Below, piece by piece: positions 57,450 to 64,000 of a stretch of DNA of 64,000 nt; the first letter of the stretch is position 1; the number at the start of each line of letters is the position of its first letter. Position numbers and translations under genes: made by a program. The DNA lies in the NCBI GenBank assembly GCA_963677595.1, contig OY782041.1, positions 1,088,001-1,152,000 on the forward strand, given 5' to 3'. The stretch comes from Spirochaetia bacterium. GTDB taxonomy: Bacteria; Spirochaetota; Spirochaetia; CAKZLE01. Below the pieces are notes generated by a model. That model saw nothing but the letters and a program-made list of their open reading frames with translations, was not told the DNA's origin and did no database searches.

Positions 57450-59906
57450 ATGCATGAAGACCATCCAGCTATCATCACAAACAGGCAGCGGTTCTCAGGA
57501 AAAGAGGTCAGTATCTCTGTCGCGGAACTGCAGCGGCACACCATCGAGTTCCTGGAGCACTACGCCACACCGGCCTTGACCGGCAACTCCTTCTGCCGAA
57601 TGATCGGGAGTGGGCGCGGGTCCGAGAAGTTCAGGAACCTGCTGCAGGCGACCGGCTGCACTGATGACCCTCTCGGGTTCTTCACCGAGATCACGTCGAT
57701 CCTCATGGAGCCCCATGAATCGGCCATATCGATCAACGGGGTCGAGCTGCCGTACAGGTTCCTCGTCTCGATCCTTGAGGTACTCATACCGGGACACGGC
57801 TACCTGACCATCCGGAACAGTGAACACCTCATGCAGGTCTCCAATATGGAGATCCCGGATGAGCAGCGGAAGGAGATCGATGAGGTCATAGAGACCTTCC
57901 CGGTCAGGCTCTCGTACCACACGATCCGCCAGATGATGGTCTCGAAGGATGTCGCCTACCAATACCTCCCATTCGAGGAGGAGCTCGACCCGGTCGGGCA
58001 CAAGAACACCTGGATCGGGCAGTTCCACCAGGGACTGCTCGAGCAGATGTACCAGAACCGGGTCATCTTCCTGTTGAACATGAGCTGCCCCGTATACTGC
58101 CGGTTCTGTTTCAGGAAACACAAGGACTCGAGGAACGAGCAGAACCCGACGGTAGAGGATGTGAAACGAGCCATCGACCATGTGGCAGCATCGCCCACCA
58201 TCAAGGAGATCGTCGTGACGGGAGGGGACCCCTTCATGAACCGGAAGAACATGATGGCGACGATCGACGGCTTGATGAACATCCCCCACGTGCAGACGAT
58301 CAGGCTGGCTACCCGTTCAGTCGCCTATTACCCCGACCTGTTCCTCGGGAAGGATGAGTGGTACCTCAAGTACCTCAAGGAGCAGAACATGGAGCTGCAG
58401 ATGAACGGGAAACGGCTCGAGGTCGCCACCCACTTCATCCATCCCGATGAGGTCTCGCCCGAGAGTCTGTCGATCATAACTGACCTGGTGAACTCCGGTA
58501 TCGCAGTCTATATCCAGACACCCTTCCTCAAGGACTGCAATGACCAGGGCCCTGAGCTGAAGCAGCTGTTCAGCCTCCTGCGGGGAGCAGGTGCTGAGAT
58601 GCATTATATCTACATCCCCTGCAGCCCGATCCATGGGAACAGTGTCTACTGGTCCACGATGGCAGAGGGGATCGATATCGCGGAGTACCTCAGGGCACAC
58701 CTCTCCGACCGGAGCGTGCCGAAGATCTGCACCGCTACCCCTATCGGGAAGATGGAGTGGTACACGAGCGGCTGGGCAGTCGAACCGGTCGAGGGGGAGG
58801 ACAGCTTCATCTGGATCCGCACCCCCTATACCCCCGACTACTTCAAGTCCTTCGCCCCGCTGGCGAATGAACTGCCGAACATCCGGGTGAATACAGAAGG
58901 CACCCTCGATATCCAGTATATGGCGAAGATGGGGAATGACGACTACTTCCTCGGGTCCCGGCCGCTGAGGATCAAGCGGACCAGCATCCCGATCGAGCTT
59001 CCCGAAGCGTTGTCGGCAAAGAGGATCGCCCCGCTGCTGGAAGGCAGCTCGATCGTCGATACCGGCCTGCCCAAGGTGAAACGGGTCCATGAGACCCGCG
59101 TCCAGCTCAGCTCGGATGCCGGGGAGGCTGAACTTGCCTATATCCGGGAACGAGAGCATATCAGTGATGTGGTGATCATCCCGGAGACCACCATCCCCGA
59201 AGCCCTCTATGATATCGAGAGGATCGCGGAGGTGTTGAAGAAGATCCCCCATGTGACAGCCCTCAGGCTCCGTTCACTGGAGTTCAACTATGACCCCAAG
59301 GCGTTCTCCTCCTCGATCATCACCAGGCTCGGCGACATCAACAAGCTGACCGTGACCAATCCCCTGCGGCTGGAGCTTGAATCCTGGTTCCTCGCACCCG
59401 GGGAGCTGCAGGAAGAACATATCCAACTGACCAGACGGCTTGCAAACAAGGGCATCACCGTCTACTGCAACACCCCCCTACTCGGCGGGATCAACGACTC
59501 CCCCGACATCATCCAGGGGCTGACCTACAAATACCGGGAAGCAGGGATCGAGTTCCACCACCTCTATGTCGCGGGATTGCCTGCCCAGGACCAGTGGAAC
59601 AGCAGCCACCCGATAGACCTCTATGACATCATCGATATCGCCTCCAAGATCCGCAGGGAGGGAAGCGGGCGGGAAGGCCCGCGTTATATCATCCAGACGG
59701 CCCTTGGGGAAGTCTACTACGGCCTGACCTCCTCGTTCGAGACGACCGAGGACGGGATCCGCATGAAGTGTGAGAGTTACCATCTCTCCTACTACCAGGA
59801 TATAGAGCCTGACTTCATCCTCCCTGACGAGTTCGAGCTGGATGAGGACGGCAAGATCGTCCTGCAGGTCCCCGGCCTGGTCAACCCGACCGGGTTCAGG
59901 ATCTAG
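57450..59906 (+). CDS. KamA-family radical SAM protein with a second, degenerate KamA-like domain
   Basis: CPVYCRFCFR, TGGDP, IRLATR, THFIHP, QTPFLKDCND; C-terminal echo LRLRS...NTPLLGGIND without CxxxCxxC. Confidence 0.85.
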   Translation: MHEDHPAIITNRQRFSGKEVSISVAELQRHTIEFLEHYATPALTGNSFCRMIGSGRGSEKFRNLLQATGCTDDPLGFFTEITSILMEPHESAISINGVELPYRFLVSILEVLIPGHGYLTIRNSEHLMQVSNMEIPDEQRKEIDEVIETFPVRLSYHTIRQMMVSKDVAYQYLPFEEELDPVGHKNTWIGQFHQGLLEQMYQNRVIFLLNMSCPVYCRFCFRKHKDSRNEQNPTVEDVKRAIDHVAASPTIKEIVVTGGDPFMNRKNMMATIDGLMNIPHVQTIRLATRSVAYYPDLFLGKDEWYLKYLKEQNMELQMNGKRLEVATHFIHPDEVSPESLSIITDLVNSGIAVYIQTPFLKDCNDQGPELKQLFSLLRGAGAEMHYIYIPCSPIHGNSVYWSTMAEGIDIAEYLRAHLSDRSVPKICTATPIGKMEWYTSGWAVEPVEGEDSFIWIRTPYTPDYFKSFAPLANELPNIRVNTEGTLDIQYMAKMGNDDYFLGSRPLRIKRTSIPIELPEALSAKRIAPLLEGSSIVDTGLPKVKRVHETRVQLSSDAGEAELAYIREREHISDVVIIPETTIPEALYDIERIAEVLKKIPHVTALRLRSLEFNYDPKAFSSSIITRLGDINKLTVTNPLRLELESWFLAPGELQEEHIQLTRRLANKGITVYCNTPLLGGINDSPDIIQGLTYKYREAGIEFHHLYVAGLPAQDQWNSSHPIDLYDIIDIASKIRREGSGREGPRYIIQTALGEVYYGLTSSFETTEDGIRMKCESYHLSYYQDIEPDFILPDEFELDEDGKIVLQVPGLVNPTGFRI

Positions 59907-59918
59907 GGGGGAGAGCAG

Positions 59919-60581
59919 ATGCGATACCCATACCTGGCATACCATCCGGGGATCACGATCCACCCGGTATTCCTGCACCTCCAAGGGGAGCCCTATATCC
60001 TGGACCTCTCCTCCGAGAGTGCACTGCTGCGCATCCCGGGGTCTGAAGACCAGCGGGTCTTCCAGCAGATCCTGGACAGGGAGATGGAAGGCTTCTCCTG
60101 GGGTGTCTCATCCTACCTCGAAGACAGGAGGCTCCTGCTCAAGGACTGCCCGCAGATGATGCAGGAGAAGCGGTTCTACCATCTTGGCCTGGATGTGATC
60201 GTACCGCCGGGGACTGCGTTATGCGCCCCGCTGCCCGGGACGGTCCATGACAGCGGGTATGAGGAGGGCAGCGGGAACTACGGCGGGTATGCTGTCCTCA
60301 AGCATGACAGTCTCCCGGGAGACCCGTTCTACTCCCTCTATGGACACCTCAAGAGGAACTCCCTGCCGGTACCAGGCAGCACTATACCCGCAGGAGCAGT
60401 GTTCGCCGAGACCGGTGAGTTCGGGGAGAATGGCGGCTGGTTCTACCATACCCACATACAGGTCCTGACAGAGGCAGGGATGGAAGCAGGCATGCAGTCC
60501 AAGGGATACTGCAGTGAAGGGATGCTCTCATGCATAGACGCACTCTGCCCATCACCACTGTCCCTGTTCAGGATAACCTGA
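59919..60581 (+). CDS. Peptidase M23-like protein, no signal peptide
   Basis: HLGLD, APLPGTV, YGHL, HTHIQ. Confidence 0.75.
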   Translation: MRYPYLAYHPGITIHPVFLHLQGEPYILDLSSESALLRIPGSEDQRVFQQILDREMEGFSWGVSSYLEDRRLLLKDCPQMMQEKRFYHLGLDVIVPPGTALCAPLPGTVHDSGYEEGSGNYGGYAVLKHDSLPGDPFYSLYGHLKRNSLPVPGSTIPAGAVFAETGEFGENGGWFYHTHIQVLTEAGMEAGMQSKGYCSEGMLSCIDALCPSPLSLFRIT

Positions 60582-60667
60582 AATACACCCTACTAGAGCC
60601 TGTTTTTTCCAAACTATTCTTTGAGATCCACCATTTTTCTGGTATTATCCTCTATAGAGGGAACTTC

Positions 60668-61825
60668 ATGCAGTTAGACTTTTTCACGGCATTCATCATG
60701 ACCGCCATCATCATCGGGACGATCGGCTTGTCAACCCTACTCTTCAGCCTTCTGACGAAGGAGAACCGCCCGTTCATCTGGGCGGCGATCGCGGGTTTCC
60801 TCTTCTCAGCCGCGTTCTTCCTCGGGGGTTTCAGGTCGGTCATACCGGACTACTTGAGCATCATCGTCTTCAACCTGCTCTGTGTCCTTGCCATGATCTC
60901 CTACAGTGAGCTGTTCTGCCGGCTCCTGTCGTTCTATCCGAAAAGACGATACCTGCTGCTCATCCTCCCGGTCGTGCTGCTCATCGCCAACTTCTGGCAC
61001 ACCTACCAGGAACCGAGTTTCAGGGCCAGGGCTATCACCTTCGATGTGACCATCCTGGTCGTCTGCTTTTATACCATCAGGGTCCTCATCATCGGGTCGA
61101 ACCCGAGACAGCTGCTCATCCACGTCCTTGCTGCCTCTGCCTTCATCCTGATGGGATCGATCGGGTTCATACGGATCCTCTACCTCCTCTTCTGGGACGG
61201 GTCAGCTGGGACATCGTTCACTGGCCAGACGAACCTCCTGGCGAACATCGCCTACCTGGACTCCACGGTCCTTGCGACCGCCTCAGCGATCCTCCTCATC
61301 AGCGACAGGCTCCATTACCAGATAAAGCAGAACGCCCGGCTCGACCCGCTGACCTCGATCCTCAACAGGAGAGTCCTCCAGGAGGTCTGCGAACGGGAGA
61401 TGTCCCTTGCAAGACGGGGCGGAGTCCCCCTGAGCCTGGTCATCTGCGACATCGACCATTTCAAGGTAGTGAATGACTCTCATGGCCACCTGACCGGTGA
61501 TGCCGTCCTGGTCCACTTCGTCGGTATCCTGCAGAGATGCCTGAGGAACACGGACCTGCTCATCCGGTACGGCGGTGAGGAGTTCGTCTTCATGCTTCCG
61601 CAGACCGACCGTGCCAATGCCATGATCACAGCTGACCGTATCCGCAAGACCGTGAAGAACTCACCTTATACCGAAGGAGACATGGTGGTCTTCCTTACCG
61701 GGAGCTTCGGGGTGACAGGTTTCGACCCCGAGTCTGACACGCTGGACGACATGCTGCACCGGGCTGACAGGGCAATGTATGATGCTAAAGACCAGGGACG
61801 CGACAGGGTCTGCTCACGTCCGTGA
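60668..61825 (+). CDS. Membrane-bound diguanylate cyclase (GGDEF)
   Basis: About 7 TM segments; DPLTSILNRR, DIDHFK, RxxD I-site, RYGGEEF. Confidence 0.92.
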   Translation: MQLDFFTAFIMTAIIIGTIGLSTLLFSLLTKENRPFIWAAIAGFLFSAAFFLGGFRSVIPDYLSIIVFNLLCVLAMISYSELFCRLLSFYPKRRYLLLILPVVLLIANFWHTYQEPSFRARAITFDVTILVVCFYTIRVLIIGSNPRQLLIHVLAASAFILMGSIGFIRILYLLFWDGSAGTSFTGQTNLLANIAYLDSTVLATASAILLISDRLHYQIKQNARLDPLTSILNRRVLQEVCEREMSLARRGGVPLSLVICDIDHFKVVNDSHGHLTGDAVLVHFVGILQRCLRNTDLLIRYGGEEFVFMLPQTDRANAMITADRIRKTVKNSPYTEGDMVVFLTGSFGVTGFDPESDTLDDMLHRADRAMYDAKDQGRDRVCSRP

Positions 61826-61831
61826 GTACCC

Positions 61832-62296
61832 TCAGTACTCCCCCTTGATCACGAAGAAGGAGCCCCGGATCGTCCCGGCGAGTTTCGACTTCTGCCTGGC
61901 GAACTTGAACCGCCCTTCGAGTTCTGCGGGGATCTCCATCCCCTCGGAGAGCTTGAACCCGACCGCACGCTTCTTCGCATCATCAAGGGTGTACATCACG
62001 TTCACCGCCAACCCGTCCTCGTAGAAGATATAGGCGAAGGAGATGTTCTCCACCTGGAATCGGGACGTCTCGAGCGGTTTTGCGGCAAAGCTGATACCGC
62101 GTTCGGATTCGAGGACCTGCTTCACGTAGGCAACAGTCTCACCGCTCTCGGCTGCAGGCAGGGTCTCGAAGAGGTGCTTGTATTTGTTCATGAAGTACCT
62201 CGCCTCATTCGCCCGCAGACCGGCCAAGGCTTCAGCGACAGGAGAGGACTCCAGCCCGACGGTCGACACATCCTTGAAGTCTACGATATATGACAT
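61832..62296 (-). CDS. Hypothetical protein, probably a conserved family
   Basis: GGAGG before ATG 62296; LAGLRANEARYF, RAVGFKLSEG. Confidence 0.7.
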   Translation of the reverse strand: MSYIVDFKDVSTVGLESSPVAEALAGLRANEARYFMNKYKHLFETLPAAESGETVAYVKQVLESERGISFAAKPLETSRFQVENISFAYIFYEDGLAVNVMYTLDDAKKRAVGFKLSEGMEIPAELEGRFKFARQKSKLAGTIRGSFFVIKGEY

Positions 62297-62367
62297 CTGA
62301 ACCTCCTTGCAGTATGCTGTATTCAATATAGGGATAGGATGCATCAGACGGCAAGCAGTACCTGAAG

Positions 62368-63072
62368 CTATGGCAGGAACGGGGCAGCACGGTCGATCAG
62401 CACCCCGATATACCCATAGTAGAGCAGGAGGATGACTACGAGAAAGGCGAATAGCCTGCGGTATCCCTTCGGGTCGGCCTTGTCCCAGCCTGCCCCCATC
62501 CTCCAGAGCACGAGGGAGTCTGAGACGGTGAGGACCAGCCCGGCGATCCCGAGGGAATCGAGACCTGAGACGAGTGCTGATACCGCCCCGGCTGCAAGCA
62601 CAGCCAGCCCGACGGCATAGACAGTGACCTGGAACCTGACCGTGTCGGGTATCACATAGGTATGCCGCAGCAGCAGGACCATCAGGATGACGGCTGCAGG
62701 ACCAAGGATTATCCCGATGATCGAGAAGCTGTCAACCAGGAGGACAACCCCGAGCGTGACGTTGACCATCAGGAACAGGACGCCGGCAGCCGTGACCGTC
62801 CAGGGAGTCTTTGCCTCAGGTGCTTCGGTTCTTGCCTCCACCACCTGGGAACCCTCGATCCCGATCTCCCCGAGCCCCATGGCCAGGAGGATCGAGCATT
62901 CGAGGAGGGCGAACCTTCCCGTCGTCATGAAGATGACTGCCGCCCCGCCCCAGAGCATGGCCGGGGTCGTGATGCGTTTGGCAAGGTAGAGCGTAGGTGA
63001 GGGATTCCTGAAATAGGTTAGCTGTATGATGAGGTTGGCGATGATGAGCAGTATCCAAAGAAGATGGAACAT
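62368..63072 (-). CDS. YhhN-like membrane protein
   Basis: Multiple TM segments; G..LTVSDSL, LLYY. Confidence 0.5.
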   Translation of the reverse strand: MFHLLWILLIIANLIIQLTYFRNPSPTLYLAKRITTPAMLWGGAAVIFMTTGRFALLECSILLAMGLGEIGIEGSQVVEARTEAPEAKTPWTVTAAGVLFLMVNVTLGVVLLVDSFSIIGIILGPAAVILMVLLLRHTYVIPDTVRFQVTVYAVGLAVLAAGAVSALVSGLDSLGIAGLVLTVSDSLVLWRMGAGWDKADPKGYRRLFAFLVVILLLYYGYIGVLIDRAAPFLP

Positions 63073-63125
63073 AGCTCATTATACTGCGAAGATTTTCCCA
63101 TTGTCCATGATTATATGGGATGAGC

Positions 63126-63542
63126 CTAATCGGGATCGACCTTTCCCCTGCGCTGCTTCTTCTCACTCTGCTTCCGTTTCGTGTCGAGCCTGCGCTGCTG
63201 GGCAGCCTTGGAGGGCTTGGTCTTCCTGCGCCGTTTCTGTTTCCTGAGGGCATCGGTGATCAGCATGGTCATGCGAATGACCGCCCGTTCCCGATTCTGG
63301 AGCTGGGAACGCTCCTCCTGTATCTGGATGAAGAGCTCACCATCACTGTTCATCCGGTTCTGGAGCTTTGTCTTGACCCGCTCCCGCTGTCCGTCATCAA
63401 GACAGGTCAGCAGGTCGGGATCGATGGTGAGCAGGACCTTCGAGTTCACCTTGTTGACATTCTGCCCTCCCGGCCCGCCGGAACGGGCAAAGGAGAAGCG
63501 TGCCTGCTGTGCGATCTCTTCACGAAGGCCTTCGGTCGTCAT
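63126..63542 (-). CDS. arfB: Alternative ribosome rescue factor B
   Basis: ARSGGPGGQNVNKV, RSQLQNR, basic C-terminal tail. Confidence 0.95.
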   Translation of the reverse strand: MTTEGLREEIAQQARFSFARSGGPGGQNVNKVNSKVLLTIDPDLLTCLDDGQRERVKTKLQNRMNSDGELFIQIQEERSQLQNRERAVIRMTMLITDALRKQKRRRKTKPSKAAQQRRLDTKRKQSEKKQRRGKVDPD

Positions 63543-63549
63543 GGTTCAC

Positions 63550-63999
63550 TTAATGGACGTGTCCGTGGTCGAGCTCCTCAGGGGTAGCCTCACGGACCGA
63601 GACGATCTCGATCTCGAAGTTGAGGACCTTGCCTGCCAGCGGGTGGTTGCCGTCGAGTACGACGGAATCCTCTTTCACCTCTGCGACCATGAGGACCTGG
63701 ATGGAACCGTCGGTGTTCTCAGCCTGGACCGGCATGCCGGCCTGGAGTTCCATATCTTCCGGGAAATGCTTCTTGTCTACCTCACCGACGAGCTGCTCAT
63801 TGTAGAGGCCGTACCCGTCCTCGGGCTTCACGGTGACTTCCAGTTTATCACCGGCAGCCTTCCCGGCGAGTTCCCTCTCGAGCCCGGGGATGATCATGCC
63901 CTTGCCGTAGATGAACGCCAGGGGGTCCTTGCCCTGGGATGAGTCGATGAGCTGCGCCTGGTCATCGGTCAGGCTGTAATGCATCGATACCACGCTGTT
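63550..63999 (-). CDS. slyD: FKBP-type peptidyl-prolyl isomerase SlyD (start outside window)
   Basis: IIPGLE, PEDGYG, DGNHPLAGK, REATPEELDHGHVH. Confidence 0.95.
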   Translation of the reverse strand, partial: NSVVSMHYSLTDDQAQLIDSSQGKDPLAFIYGKGMIIPGLERELAGKAAGDKLEVTVKPEDGYGLYNEQLVGEVDKKHFPEDMELQAGMPVQAENTDGSIQVLMVAEVKEDSVVLDGNHPLAGKVLNFEIEIVSVREATPEELDHGHVH

Positions 64000-64000
64000 C

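Noticed and set aside
57450-59906. Calling it canonical kamA or epmB
   Set aside because: Double length, altered substrate residues, and no efp/epmA or lysine fermentation neighbours.
61832-62296. Prophage remnant (I recall similar proteins being labelled phage tail)
   Set aside because: No other phage genes nearby and composition is host-like.
821-63942. Many long antisense or nested ORFs (e.g. 1524-2309, 27319-28218, 47669-48757, 58317-59252)
   Set aside because: They shadow well-supported genes, as expected from GC-rich codon bias, and show no motifs.

Overview
Bacterial chromosomal segment, probably from an anaerobic spirochaete (Sphaerochaeta-like; inferred from the 'FAAGSQE'/'FANGQVE' solute-binding protein N-termini). 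I saw no rRNA, tRNA, CRISPR array, integrase or transposase. Main blocks: (1) 0-8.6 kb, an Asp-box lipoprotein and a 1754-aa multidomain GH114-like surface protein; (2) 9.2-19.4 kb, an AT-richer toxin-antitoxin/defence-like island (radC, yefM-yoeB, abiEi-abiEii, Fic, two AAA_14-DUF4143 ATPases), where each ATPase promoter is abutted by its own tandem array of 23-bp units and the first ATPase is bracketed by a 75-bp direct repeat; (3) 19.5-43.8 kb, a sugar-catabolic locus with two glycyl radical enzymes (PflD-like, YbiW-like), two activases, an ABC importer, two atypical ROK-fold proteins, a divergent Rpe-fold protein and several oxidoreductases, but no PTS or Fsa aldolase; (4) 44.7-48.8 kb, a coupled operon of PLP enzyme, MurL-like protein, ATP-grasp ligase and GNAT; (5) an M20 amidohydrolase/DUF5058 operon, SulP, a polar amino-acid ABC importer, an internally duplicated KamA-like radical SAM enzyme with an M23-like partner, a GGDEF protein, arfB and a partial slyD. 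All family calls come from motif recognition by eye; no searches were run.
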